From the NCBI GenBank assembly GCA_964463505.1, contig CAYXDC010000003.1, positions 10,657 through 74,656 on the forward strand: a DNA stretch of 64,000 nt. The letters are read 5' to 3'. Made by a program: the position numbers and the translations under genes. Within the stretch, counting starts at the first letter, position 1, and every line of letters begins with the position of its first letter. This document shows positions 28,984 to 38,639 of the stretch, in pieces. Below the pieces are notes generated by a model. It was not told the DNA's origin. It was given only the letters and a program-made list of their open reading frames with translations, and searched no databases. Origin of the DNA: an uncultured Anaerolineaceae bacterium. GTDB lineage: Bacteria > Chloroflexota > Anaerolineae > Anaerolineales > UBA4823.

Positions 28984-30117
28984 TTGCAACTAGAAGTATT
29001 CGAGGATCTGTGGAATGTAGTTCAAGAAGATTATCTATACAAGGATTTTAATGGCCAGGATTGGGATGCTGTTTATCGTGAGTATCGCAGCAAGGTAATG
29101 GCTGGCCTGACGGAGGCCGATTTTTATGCTGCGATGGACGAAATGATCTATCTTTTGGGTGACGATCATTCTATCTACCTCAGCCCGGAAGAAACCGAAG
29201 CTGGCAATGCAGAGTTTGAAGGCCGTTATGATTATGCTGGCATTGGCGTGTTGAATCAGGCGGTGCCAGAACGCAGGCTGGTCACAATCATACTGGTTTT
29301 TCCGGGCAGTCCGGCTGAACAGGCAGGCCTGCTCCCACATGATAATATCCTGGAAGTGGATGGTATACCGATCCTGGATGAAGATGGCTCACGGACAGAG
29401 TTGCTGCGTGGTCCAGCAGGTAGCCAGGTGACACTAACCGTCCAGCGTCCTGGGTCTGAGCTGCGCCAGGTGGAATTAACCCGAGCAATTATCTCCAGTT
29501 CGCTACCTGTACCATACGAAGTGATAACCAGCCCCAGCGGCAAGCGTATCGGTTATATCCTGTTGGCGTCCTTTAACGATGTGACGATCAATGACCAGTT
29601 TGCGAATGCCTTGAGGATTATGACAGAAGACCAACCCCTGGATGGCATAATCATTGATAACCGGCAAAATGGTGGTGGTGCGGATGTTGTCATGGCGAAC
29701 GTGCTAGCCAATTTTACCAGTGGTAGTGTTGGTTATTTTGTCAATCGAGATGAACAACGCCCGTTGAAAATCATTGGTCGGAATATTAATGGTTCCCAGG
29801 AGCTACCTCTGGTGGTATTGGTAGGCAAGGATACCATTAGTTTTGGGGAGATATTTTCGGGAATCCTGCAAGATATCGGTCGCGCCTATCTGATTGGTGA
29901 AGCCACCGAGGGTAACGTGGAAATATTGTGGGTTTATGAATTCAGCGACGGCTCCAGTGCATGGATTGCTCACGATACCTTTAAGCCACTTAACAACCAG
30001 GATGCAGATTGGGAAGTAGATGGCATTATTCCAGACGAGATTGTTTCTGTAAATTGGGATGAAGTTATCTTACAAACCGATCCAGCAGTTCAGGCTGCAC
30101 TGGATTATTTTGAGTAG
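28984..30117 (+). CDS. S41 family C-terminal processing peptidase (PDZ-containing); 5' end problematic
   Basis: FEDLWNVVQEDYLY N-terminal helix, PDZ (GSPAEQAGLLPHDNILEVDG), and catalytic region IIIDNRQNGGG..ISFGEIF. The only start after the TAG is TTG 28984, which leaves no signal peptide. Confidence 0.8.
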   Translation: MQLEVFEDLWNVVQEDYLYKDFNGQDWDAVYREYRSKVMAGLTEADFYAAMDEMIYLLGDDHSIYLSPEETEAGNAEFEGRYDYAGIGVLNQAVPERRLVTIILVFPGSPAEQAGLLPHDNILEVDGIPILDEDGSRTELLRGPAGSQVTLTVQRPGSELRQVELTRAIISSSLPVPYEVITSPSGKRIGYILLASFNDVTINDQFANALRIMTEDQPLDGIIIDNRQNGGGADVVMANVLANFTSGSVGYFVNRDEQRPLKIIGRNINGSQELPLVVLVGKDTISFGEIFSGILQDIGRAYLIGEATEGNVEILWVYEFSDGSSAWIAHDTFKPLNNQDADWEVDGIIPDEIVSVNWDEVILQTDPAVQAALDYFE

Positions 30118-30141
30118 AAGCTATCTTAAAATAGATTAAGG

Positions 30142-30180
30142 GGGGTGTTTTTCGGCGGTGCAGCCGCCGAAAAACACCCC
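30142..30180 (+). terminator. 17-bp perfect hairpin downstream of the S41 peptidase
   Basis: GGGGTGTTTTTCGGCGG-tgcag-CCGCCGAAAAACACCCC. No canonical U tail follows. Confidence 0.45.
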
Positions 30181-30301
30181 GCCCCACAAATTTTAGATAA
30201 GTTCTAATCTGGAATATTTGCAGTGATTAAAAACCAGTGTGGTAAACTGTGCATGATCAAACCAGGTCCTTCAGTCAAACAGATAAATCCAGGAGTAAGC
30301 T

Positions 30302-32308
30302 ATGTTAACCCTCATTGAAAAGGTCCTGTTTGTCCTGGCTGTGATTGCCTCTGGAGGTGCAGCCTATCTGGCTGCCAGGCGCATACTTCTTACAATCCAA
30401 CGCGGCCAGGGGCAATTTGACTGGCAGATCGTCCCGAAGAGGCTGGGGGTAGTACTCGCAAAAACACTTAGCTTACAGCCCACATTCAAAATCCGCCTGC
30501 TGCCCAGCCTGTTCCATGCCTTAATTGCCTGGGGCTTTATTTATTATTTACTGGTTAATCTGGTGGATATCCTGTATGGGCTTTTTCCAGGTTTCTATTT
30601 CTTCGAAGACACCCTTTTCGGAGGCGTTTATCGCTTACTGGCGGACTTGTTGAGTGTGGGGGTTTTGGTGGGTATGCTGGCGATGATCATCCGGCGCTTT
30701 ATCCTGAAGCCGGATACCCTGACCGCTCGCCAGGATGTGTTGCTCCAGCCGCAAGCCAGAGCGGGTATCCGGCGTGATTCAGCAGTAGTAGGCAGTTTTA
30801 TCCTCCTGCATGTGGGCTCACGTTTCGTAGGAGCCTCACTGCTGATTGCTCAAAAAGGTCCCGATGAGTGGCAGCCTTTTGCAGGGTTGGTCGCTGGTCT
30901 CTGGTCGGGAGCCAGTGCAAGCGCTTTACAGATTGGTGAACATCTTACCTTCTGGCTGGCTATCGGCACAATCCTCGCATTTGTCCCTTATTTCCTGTAT
31001 TCAAAACACCTGCATTTATTTTTTGCCCCCATAAACTTCCTGGTCAAACCGGAACGTCGCTCGATGGGCGAATTGAGCAAATTAAATTTTGATGATGAAA
31101 GCATCGAGCAATTTGGCGCTACCCGCCTGGAGGACCTGGGATGGGAGCAGATTGTCGATGCCTATGCCTGTATCATGTGTTATCGCTGCCAGGAAGTATG
31201 CCCGGCTTACACCACCGGCAAGGTGCTCAGCCCGGCGACTTTGGAAATCAACAAACGCTATTATCTAAATTCTGCCGGTGCTTCTCTGGCAAAGGGAGAA
31301 CCAAGCTCCACCCCGCTGCTGGAGTTTGCGATAACCCCTGAGGCTGTGTGGGCATGCACCGCCTGCGGTGCATGTGTGGATATCTGCCCAGTTGGTAATG
31401 AACCCATGCGCGATATCCTGGATATTCGCCGGGCGCAGGTCCTCATGGATAATGAATTTCCGGAGCAGCTGCAAACAGCCTTTCGCGGGATGGAACGCAC
31501 CCTGAACCCCTGGAATCTACCTCCTACAGAACGGACGAAATGGGCGGAAGGCTTGAACGTGCCAACCATTGATGACAACCCTGAGCCTGAGCTATTATGG
31601 TGGGTAGGCTGTGCTCCTGCCACGGACAGCCGCGCTCAAAAAACAGCGCGTGCGTTTGTGGAAATATTGACTGCAGCAGGGGTGAACTATGCAGTTCTGG
31701 GCGAAGCCGAGCAATGCACAGGTGACTCGGCCCGGCGGGCAGGTAATGAGTTTTTGTTTAATGAGCTGGCGACCGCCAATGTAGAAATACTCAATGAAGT
31801 CGCTCCGCGCCGCATCGTCACCACTTGCCCACATTGTTTGCATACGCTGAAGAATGAGTATCCTGCTTTCGGTGGTAATTATCAGGTGGTACATCATACA
31901 CAATTAATTCAAGAATTATTGGCTGCCGGGAAAATTCACCTGCAACCGGATAATGCCGCAACGGTCACTACTTTCCATGATCCCTGCTATCTTGGAAGAC
32001 AAAACGACATTCTGACGGAACCGCGCCAGTTATTAAAGCAAGCCACCCCGCAGTATATCGAATTGGGGCGGACAGGCAAGCAGTCCTTCTGCTGTGGCGC
32101 GGGTGGGGCGCAGATGTGGAAGGAAGAAGAATCCGGGCAGCAGCGGGTGAGCGCCAACCGGATGGCTGAAGCAGTCGCCTCGGGGGCAGATGTTTTGGCG
32201 GTGGGCTGTCCATTTTGCATGGTTATGTTGACCGATGCTAAAAAGGATGCCAATGCCAGCCTGGATGTGTTGGATGTGGCCGAAGTTGTCGCCAAAGCGC
32301 TTCAGTAA
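30302..32308 (+). CDS. membrane-anchored Fe-S oxidoreductase (HdrD/GlpC-like: N-terminal TM domain, 2x[4Fe-4S], two CCG domains)
   Basis: About 5-6 N-terminal TMs. Ferredoxin motifs CIMCYRCQEVCP and CTACGACVDICP. Cys-rich CCG-type domains (C..CTGD..CPHC and C..FCCGAGG..CPFC). Confidence 0.85.
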   Translation: MLTLIEKVLFVLAVIASGGAAYLAARRILLTIQRGQGQFDWQIVPKRLGVVLAKTLSLQPTFKIRLLPSLFHALIAWGFIYYLLVNLVDILYGLFPGFYFFEDTLFGGVYRLLADLLSVGVLVGMLAMIIRRFILKPDTLTARQDVLLQPQARAGIRRDSAVVGSFILLHVGSRFVGASLLIAQKGPDEWQPFAGLVAGLWSGASASALQIGEHLTFWLAIGTILAFVPYFLYSKHLHLFFAPINFLVKPERRSMGELSKLNFDDESIEQFGATRLEDLGWEQIVDAYACIMCYRCQEVCPAYTTGKVLSPATLEINKRYYLNSAGASLAKGEPSSTPLLEFAITPEAVWACTACGACVDICPVGNEPMRDILDIRRAQVLMDNEFPEQLQTAFRGMERTLNPWNLPPTERTKWAEGLNVPTIDDNPEPELLWWVGCAPATDSRAQKTARAFVEILTAAGVNYAVLGEAEQCTGDSARRAGNEFLFNELATANVEILNEVAPRRIVTTCPHCLHTLKNEYPAFGGNYQVVHHTQLIQELLAAGKIHLQPDNAATVTTFHDPCYLGRQNDILTEPRQLLKQATPQYIELGRTGKQSFCCGAGGAQMWKEEESGQQRVSANRMAEAVASGADVLAVGCPFCMVMLTDAKKDANASLDVLDVAEVVAKALQ

Positions 32309-32343
32309 GCCCCCTGAGTTTGTAACCAGTAGTGGAAGTTGAC

Positions 32344-32850
32344 ATGAGCCATACTGTTTATATCGCACTGGGCTCCAACCTTGGTGACCGGGAAAGTAAC
32401 TTACATGCGGCAGTACAGGCTTTGGCGCCGGTGCTGCGTGTTTTGCAGTGTTCACCAGTTTATGAAACGCCGCCTTGGGGGTATCTGGATCAGCCGGCTT
32501 TCTTAAATCAGGTGCTATGTGCTGAAACCGATTTATTCCCTCGGGCCTTGTTGCGTTTCTTGCAAGGGGTTGAGGTGAAGTTGGGCCGGGTAAAATCAAT
32601 CCTGAATGGACCCAGGCCGATTGATCTGGATATCATTTTTTATGATCATCTGGTCTATACTTCACCCAAACTGACTATCCCACACCCACGTTTGCCCGGG
32701 CGGGGGTTTGTGCTGGTACCGTTGGCCGACCTGGCGGCGGATTATGTGCACCCCTTGCTGGGTGTGCTTGTAAGCGAACTCCTTGAACAGGCGGATCAAC
32801 GTGGGATTCAGCTTTATACCGGACATAGCTGTGCGGATAGAACTGAATAA
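32344..32850 (+). CDS. folK: 2-amino-4-hydroxy-6-hydroxymethyldihydropteridine diphosphokinase
   Basis: VYIALGSNLGDR, SPVYETPPWG and PRPIDLDII motifs. Start at ATG 32344. Confidence 0.9.
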   Translation: MSHTVYIALGSNLGDRESNLHAAVQALAPVLRVLQCSPVYETPPWGYLDQPAFLNQVLCAETDLFPRALLRFLQGVEVKLGRVKSILNGPRPIDLDIIFYDHLVYTSPKLTIPHPRLPGRGFVLVPLADLAADYVHPLLGVLVSELLEQADQRGIQLYTGHSCADRTE

Positions 32851-32918
32851 GCATCGTTAATCGGGTAAAATCTTTATACCTTCTTGAGCTAAAGATATGT
32901 AAACCAGGAGATAAAACA

Positions 32919-33344
32919 ATGTCTGAGATGGATATTAAACCTCTCAATTGGAATCCCGATCCTGAGATCGGCTATTCTGTTACCCGTCGACCGGATGGCG
33001 GCATGGCTTACGTTTTTACCGATCTCAAACCTGCAACCATCCGTCATTGGCGCGAGTTTGCTATAGAGCATCTGCTTAATTCCGACCGCCTGACCCGCAA
33101 TCTTTATGATCTGCGTCTGGTGCCTGAGCTGTCCGAGCAAGCTATTCAGTACGGGATCGAGGTCAATTCTGATCCTTCGACGCGCAATATACGCCTGGCA
33201 GTTGTGGTTGCAAGCGAAACTGTGCGCCAGGCTCTCCAGGAGATTGAGGCGCTCACCACTGCCGGTGGAGTCGATCTGGCTGTGTTTACGGATATCGCAG
33301 AAGCTGAAGCCTGGCTGGATCGACCGCTAACCTTGCTGGTATAA
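32919..33344 (+). CDS. hypothetical protein between folK and folP
   Basis: 141 aa, soluble, with GGAG-like RBS AGGAGA upstream. The C-terminal pattern RLAVVVASE..VFTDIAEAEAWL is faintly reminiscent of SpoIIAA/STAS-like folds. It does not resemble FolB. Confidence 0.6.
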   Translation: MSEMDIKPLNWNPDPEIGYSVTRRPDGGMAYVFTDLKPATIRHWREFAIEHLLNSDRLTRNLYDLRLVPELSEQAIQYGIEVNSDPSTRNIRLAVVVASETVRQALQEIEALTTAGGVDLAVFTDIAEAEAWLDRPLTLLV

Positions 33345-33348
33345 GCCG

Positions 33349-34257
33349 GTGACTTTCACACCCCTCACCATTGCTGCAAAAATGCTGGAATGGGGTTCCC
33401 GCACGTATGTGATGGGCATTCTAAATTTCACCCCGGATAGTTTTTCGGGGGACGGATTGATCGCGGCTGGCAAACAAGATTATCGGAGCGCGTTTGAATT
33501 GGGGTTACAACAGGCCCGAGGATATGTGGCCGCAGGTGTTGATATCCTGGACGTGGGTGGAGAGAGCACTCGCCCTGGCGCTGCCCCCGTCAGCATTGAT
33601 CAGGAGTTGGAGCGCGTAGTCCCACTTATCCAGGCTCTGGTTGCTGAAATGGATGTGCTCATTTCAGTGGATACCTATCGCGCCGCTGTCGCCGAGGCTG
33701 CCTTGAACTCTGGAGCCCACATTGTTAATGATGTATGGGGTTTACACGCTGATCCCGATCTGGCAGGGGTAGTAGCACGTCATGCTGCGCCGGTGATCCT
33801 GATGCATAATCGCAGCTCGTGGGCGCATGCGGAAATCCGTGATCGCCTGGGTGGGCGCTATGTGGGCATCCCCTATGATGATCTGATTCCGGATATACAA
33901 CGAGAGTTGTTGGAAAGTGTTGCGACAGCCCGGGCGGCTGGCATTTCCGATGAAAAAATAATCCTTGATCCGGGGATTGGCTTTGGGAAAAGCGTCGAAC
34001 AAAATTTGGAGCTGATTGACCGGCTGGCTGAGATACGCCAACTAGGCTTTCCAATTCTGCTTGGTCCTTCCCGGAAATCCTTTATTGGTTACACCCTCGA
34101 TCTGCCTCCTGATCAGCGTATTGAAGGTACCGCTGCAGCAGTTGCGGTAGGAATTGCGCGGGGAGCTGATATCATTCGTGTGCACGATGTGGAATTTATG
34201 GCGCGCGTTGCGCGCATGACCGATGCGATTGTCCGGCCCCGCTCGCCGGTATCTTAA
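33349..34257 (+). CDS. folP: dihydropteroate synthase
   Basis: VMGILNFTPDSFSGDG, DVGGESTRPGA and DPGIGFGK motifs. Start is GTG 33349 or ATG 33382. Confidence 0.95.
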   Translation: MTFTPLTIAAKMLEWGSRTYVMGILNFTPDSFSGDGLIAAGKQDYRSAFELGLQQARGYVAAGVDILDVGGESTRPGAAPVSIDQELERVVPLIQALVAEMDVLISVDTYRAAVAEAALNSGAHIVNDVWGLHADPDLAGVVARHAAPVILMHNRSSWAHAEIRDRLGGRYVGIPYDDLIPDIQRELLESVATARAAGISDEKIILDPGIGFGKSVEQNLELIDRLAEIRQLGFPILLGPSRKSFIGYTLDLPPDQRIEGTAAAVAVGIARGADIIRVHDVEFMARVARMTDAIVRPRSPVS

Positions 34258-34336
34258 ATAAATCTTGCACTGTATATTATAAGAGGATGCCTACCGGCAC
34301 GCACCGGTGGGTATCTAGATACTAAAGGAGAAACGC

Positions 34337-37063
34337 ATGGGGAATGATTATTTCAAAGCTCGCCATGTCCTGGCTACCCGGCACGGCGACCTGGTGTATT
34401 ATCGCTTAGACAAGTTGGAAGAAGATGGCCTTACCCAGCTTGACCGGCTGCCATTTTCGATCCGTGTTATGCTGGAAAACCTGCTGCGCCAATGCAATGG
34501 CATAGAAATCACCAACCAGGACGTGCTCAATCTGGCTGGATGGCGAGCTCAAGCCGAACAGCGCCCATCTTTACCTTACCGCCCGGCGCGGGTCATTATG
34601 CAAGATTTTACCGGTGTCCCCGCAGTTGTGGACCTTGCCGCTATGCGAGATGCTGTTGCACGCCTGGGTGGCGATCCCAAACGGATCAATCCGCTGGTGC
34701 CTGTCGATTTAGTTATTGATCATTCTGTGCAGGTTGATTTCTTTGCTTCCCCGGATGCGCTGGCACGGAATGCCGAATTGGAATTTCAACGCAATCGCGA
34801 GCGCTACGAGTTTTTGCGTTGGGGTCAGCAGGCTTTTGAGAATTTTAGAGTCGTCCCACCTGCTACTGGCATTGTTCACCAGGTTAACCTGGAGTATCTG
34901 GCAGACGTGGTACTTGCCAGCCAGGAAGATGGCGCTTATGTGGCTTATCCCGATACCCTGGTGGGCACCGATTCCCATACCACCATGATCAATAGCCTGG
35001 GTGTGGTGGGGTGGGGTGTGGGCGGTATTGAAGCTGAAGCTGCCATGTTGGGGCAGCCGATCGATATGGTCACGCCTGAAGTAATCGGCTTCAAGCTATA
35101 TGGCGAGTTAAGTGAGGGGGTTACCGCTACAGATTTAACGCTTACCGTAACCCAAATGCTGAGACAGAAAGGTGTTGTAGGTAAGTTTGTGGAATTTTTT
35201 GGCCCTGGATTGGCAGCCATGTCGCTACCCGACCGGGCAACCATTGCCAATATGGCTCCAGAATACGGCGCTACCATGGGCTTTTTCCCGGTGGACGATG
35301 AGACTTTGCGCTATCTTCGCTTGACTGGACGCCCAGATGAAGTCGTCGATCGCGTAGATGCTTACTGCAAGGCGCAGCATCTGTTCCGCACTGCTCAAAC
35401 TCCCGATCCCGAATTTACTGCCACGTTAGAGCTTGACTTGAGCATGGTTCAACCCAGCCTGGCTGGCCCTAAACGACCCCAGGATCGTGTGACCCTGGTA
35501 GACATGCAGCAAACCTTCCAGCTGGCCCTGACGGCGCCTAAAGCTGAGCGCGGTTATGAGCTAAAACCTGACGAGTTGGCTCGGAAAGCAATCATCTCTG
35601 GTGAAAGCAAGCTTCAAGAACCCATCGAAATGCAGCATGGGGCGGTGGTCATTGCAGCGATCACTTCCTGTACCAATACATCCAATCCATCCGTGATGTT
35701 GGGAGCCGGTTTGGTCGCCAGGAAAGCTGTTGAACGCGGCTTGAAAGTCCCACCCTACGTAAAAACCAGCCTGGCTCCTGGTTCGCGCGTAGTTACGGAA
35801 TATCTCGAAAAGGCGGATCTGATCGATCCCCTGGCTCAATTGGGCTTTAACACCGTCGGATACGGTTGTACGACCTGTATTGGCAATTCAGGCCCGCTGG
35901 CAGGGGAAGTCACCAGGGCGATTACCAGCCAGGATTTAGTGGTGGCTGGGGTTCTTTCGGGTAACCGGAATTTCGAAGGTCGCATCCATCCATATGTCAA
36001 GGCGAACTATCTGGCCTCGCCGCCCCTGGTTGTCGCCTATGCTCTGGCGGGTACGGTGAATATTGATCTGGTCAATGATCCGCTTGGGGAAGACTCAGTG
36101 GGGAATCCGGTTTATCTGCGGGACATATGGCCAACCAATCGAGAGATCCAGGAGTTGGTGACCAGAGTGGTTCAGCCGCAAATGTTCCGAGCCAAATATG
36201 CGGATGTGTTCTCCGGGAATGATACCTGGAATGCGATCCAGGCTGCGGAAAGTGAGTTGTACCCCTGGGATACAGCGTCAACCTATATTCAAGAGCCGCC
36301 GTTCTTCACTGACTTGACTCTGGATGAACCTCACATTCAAGGTATTCAAGCCGCGCGGGTTTTAGCAGTGTTGGGTGATTCCATCACCACTGATCATATC
36401 TCACCCGCAGGAGCGATCCCCATGGAAAGCCCGGCTGGAAAATATCTGGTCAATCAGGGTGTCGGGGTGCGGGATTTCAACTCTTATGGCTCACGGCGCG
36501 GCAATGATCGGGTGATGACGCGCGGCACTTTCGCTAATATTCGGCTGAAAAATCAGTTGGCTTCTGGAGTAGAGGGCGGATTTACACGCTATATGGCACC
36601 AGGTCCCGACCAGGATAAGCCAATGGCCATCTTTGAAGCCTCTGAGCATTATCGGGAAGCTGGCATTCCCTTGGTGATCCTGGCGGGTAAAGAATACGGA
36701 TCGGGCTCCAGCCGCGACTGGGCTGCCAAGGGCACACTGTTATTGGGGGTTAAGGCGGTCATTGCTGAATCGTACGAGCGTATCCATCGCTCTAATCTGG
36801 TTGGGATGGGGATACTTCCTTTACAATTCAAGGCAGGACAATCGGCTGCAGTGCTTGGCTTGACTGGTCAGGAGATCTTCTCTATCCTGGGCCTGGACGA
36901 TGACCTTCAGCATGGTAGTGAAATTAATGTGCGGGCAGAACGCTCAGATGGTAGTGCGTTATTGTTCCAGGCATTGGTGCGTATTGATACGCCCATCGAG
37001 GTAACCTACTATCGTAATGGAGGTATCCTGCACACTGTCTTACGAAAAATGCTTCAGGCATGA
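34337..37063 (+). CDS. acnA: aconitate hydratase A
   Basis: 908 aa. Motifs [44 protein letters not shown], and swivel domain [16 protein letters not shown]. Confidence 0.97.
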   Translation: MGNDYFKARHVLATRHGDLVYYRLDKLEEDGLTQLDRLPFSIRVMLENLLRQCNGIEITNQDVLNLAGWRAQAEQRPSLPYRPARVIMQDFTGVPAVVDLAAMRDAVARLGGDPKRINPLVPVDLVIDHSVQVDFFASPDALARNAELEFQRNRERYEFLRWGQQAFENFRVVPPATGIVHQVNLEYLADVVLASQEDGAYVAYPDTLVGTDSHTTMINSLGVVGWGVGGIEAEAAMLGQPIDMVTPEVIGFKLYGELSEGVTATDLTLTVTQMLRQKGVVGKFVEFFGPGLAAMSLPDRATIANMAPEYGATMGFFPVDDETLRYLRLTGRPDEVVDRVDAYCKAQHLFRTAQTPDPEFTATLELDLSMVQPSLAGPKRPQDRVTLVDMQQTFQLALTAPKAERGYELKPDELARKAIISGESKLQEPIEMQHGAVVIAAITSCTNTSNPSVMLGAGLVARKAVERGLKVPPYVKTSLAPGSRVVTEYLEKADLIDPLAQLGFNTVGYGCTTCIGNSGPLAGEVTRAITSQDLVVAGVLSGNRNFEGRIHPYVKANYLASPPLVVAYALAGTVNIDLVNDPLGEDSVGNPVYLRDIWPTNREIQELVTRVVQPQMFRAKYADVFSGNDTWNAIQAAESELYPWDTASTYIQEPPFFTDLTLDEPHIQGIQAARVLAVLGDSITTDHISPAGAIPMESPAGKYLVNQGVGVRDFNSYGSRRGNDRVMTRGTFANIRLKNQLASGVEGGFTRYMAPGPDQDKPMAIFEASEHYREAGIPLVILAGKEYGSGSSRDWAAKGTLLLGVKAVIAESYERIHRSNLVGMGILPLQFKAGQSAAVLGLTGQEIFSILGLDDDLQHGSEINVRAERSDGSALLFQALVRIDTPIEVTYYRNGGILHTVLRKMLQA

Positions 37064-37098
37064 TTGTGTAGTTTGAGCGGTTCATATTCCATATATTA

Positions 37099-37131
37099 CA
37101 TCAGGAGCTGATTTCGTTTCAGCTCCTGATG
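37099..37131. terminator. bidirectional rho-independent terminator between acnA and rsfS
   Basis: CATCAGGAGCTGA-tttcgtt-TCAGCTCCTGATG, a 13-bp perfect stem. ATTTTACTT follows, and the sequence before it is A/T-rich. Confidence 0.75.
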
Positions 37132-37168
37132 ATTTTACTTATGGCTCAGGTAAAGTCAGAGAAATGAT

Positions 37169-37504
37169 TTATTGCAAGCGAACGATCACCCGTCCATGGC
37201 TCCATAAATCTTCCAAACGATAATACTCGCGCCGGTCGGGGGAGAAGAAATGGATCACGATATCCCCAAAATCTTCTAAGATCCAGCCTTCTTGGGCTTT
37301 GCCTTCAATTTTGCCGTTTAGCTGATAACGAGCTTTGACTGCTTCACGAACTGCATCCGCGAGAGCATTTAACATCCGGTCACTTGTACCGGAGGTGATG
37401 ATGAAATAATCCGTAAAATCTGAAATTTCACGAATATCTAATAACAAGATGTCTTCAGCTTTCTTTTCTTCCAGTACATCCAAGATAAAACGAGCAACTT
37501 CCAT
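37169..37504 (-). CDS. rsfS: ribosome silencing factor
   Basis: 111 aa Iojap-like protein: LEEKKAEDILLLDIREISDFTDYFIITSGTSDR..EGWILEDFGDIVIHFF. Confidence 0.9.
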   Translation of the reverse strand: MEVARFILDVLEEKKAEDILLLDIREISDFTDYFIITSGTSDRMLNALADAVREAVKARYQLNGKIEGKAQEGWILEDFGDIVIHFFSPDRREYYRLEDLWSHGRVIVRLQ

Positions 37505-37547
37505 TGTTTCCAGATCGCACCTCGTAGAGTTAATAGTTTCGATATCG

Positions 37548-38135
37548 TTACCGGGGTTCTCCTAGCGACGCCGAATAGAGTCGAGAGTAACGTGCCCCGC
37601 TGGGGGATAGCTCACTGCGTATCAGATGAACTACTTCAACGCGCATGGCTCCCAGGAAGCCTATATTATACCCGCTAAGTACCTGTACAATCTGCTGTAG
37701 TTCTGCCGGGGTTGCATTACGAGCCAGGCGCCCTAAAGTCAGATGAGGCGAGAAAGGACGGTCTTCAGGAGGATAGTCTAAATGGGATGTCCCCGACTCA
37801 ATACTTTGCTGAAGGGCAGGCAGGGCCTCGGCTGCGGTTATGCCGACCCAAATTACCCGCGGCCGGCGTACCGATGGAAAGGCGCCCAGATTGGCGACAC
37901 TGATATCGAAGGGAGCGTAGTTACCACACGCTGCCTGGATCATCTTTTGTAGTGCCTCGATATATGTGGACGAAACATCCCCCAAAAATTTTAAAGTAAG
38001 ATGGATATTACGAGCTGGCACCCAGCGCACCGCGCTCACTGGCATACGCTTTTTAAGTTCGGCACTGACCTGATCTAATCTTTGTGAGATTTCACTGGAG
38101 AGTTCGATGGCGATGAATGCACGCAATACAGACAT
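37548..38135 (-). CDS. thpR: RNA 2',3'-cyclic phosphodiesterase (2H phosphoesterase, LigT/ThpR)
   Basis: Two HxTx motifs (HLTLKFLG and HLTLGRL). Confidence 0.85.
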   Translation of the reverse strand: MSVLRAFIAIELSSEISQRLDQVSAELKKRMPVSAVRWVPARNIHLTLKFLGDVSSTYIEALQKMIQAACGNYAPFDISVANLGAFPSVRRPRVIWVGITAAEALPALQQSIESGTSHLDYPPEDRPFSPHLTLGRLARNATPAELQQIVQVLSGYNIGFLGAMRVEVVHLIRSELSPSGARYSRLYSASLGEPR

Positions 38136-38161
38136 ACAGTAATCTGATCCTGGGGTATGGT

Positions 38162-38548
38162 TTATCCAGCCAGCTCTTGGTTGGCTTGAATGGCAAGCTC
38201 GACTGCCTGGATGAGATCTGTAAACGAAACTGGTTTGGTGAGATAACTGGTGGCGCCTGCCCGCAGGCCTGCCTGGATATCCGCCGGCATATTTTTGGCA
38301 GACACAATCACGATAGGGATATTTGCCAGACTATGGTCTTGGTGGATTTGCTCCATTACTTCCAGCCCCGAGATATCTGGCATCATTAAATCCAGCAGAA
38401 TAACATCCGGCTGTTTTTCGGCTATCAGGCTGAGCGCGACGGTGCCAGCGAAGGCATTATGCGCCAAATAGCCGCGCAAGCGTAACATCTCGGCGAACAT
38501 TTCCCCTGTATCGCGTTCATCTTCAACAATGACGATATTTTTCTGCAA
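38162..38548 (-). CDS. stand-alone CheY-like response regulator receiver
   Basis: 128 aa with VIVEDERD, phospho-acceptor context VILLDLMMPDISG, and YLTKP. TTG start. Confidence 0.85.
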   Translation of the reverse strand: MQKNIVIVEDERDTGEMFAEMLRLRGYLAHNAFAGTVALSLIAEKQPDVILLDLMMPDISGLEVMEQIHQDHSLANIPIVIVSAKNMPADIQAGLRAGATSYLTKPVSFTDLIQAVELAIQANQELAG

Positions 38549-38580
38549 GTCTGGTTTTCTCTCGCCCGTACTCGGGACTA

Positions 38581-38608
38581 ATCATACAACATTTTCAGCG
38601 CTTGTCAA
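38581..38608 (-). promoter_or_regulatory. candidate sigma70 promoter for the CheY-like/thpR/rsfS unit
   Basis: The minus strand reads TTGACA (38608-38603), 16 nt spacer, TATGAT (38586-38581). Confidence 0.5.
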
Positions 38609-38639
38609 ATCATGGCGTTAATGCCCTAATTTACGCACA

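Noticed and set aside
32033-32599. 188-aa ORF on the minus strand
   Set aside because: It is antisense to the 3' end of the Fe-S oxidoreductase gene and to folK, both of which have strong motif support. Its composition is low-complexity and Pro/Arg/Gly-rich, typical of shadow ORFs in GC-rich coding DNA.
34286-34315. 12-bp stem-loop (GAUGCCUACCGG-CACGCA-CCGGUGGGUAUC) in the acnA leader, considered as an IRE-like aconitase-binding element
   Set aside because: The loop is CACGCA rather than the CAGUGN IRE consensus, and there is no bulged C. It may still be a leader structure, but an IRE analogy is not supported.
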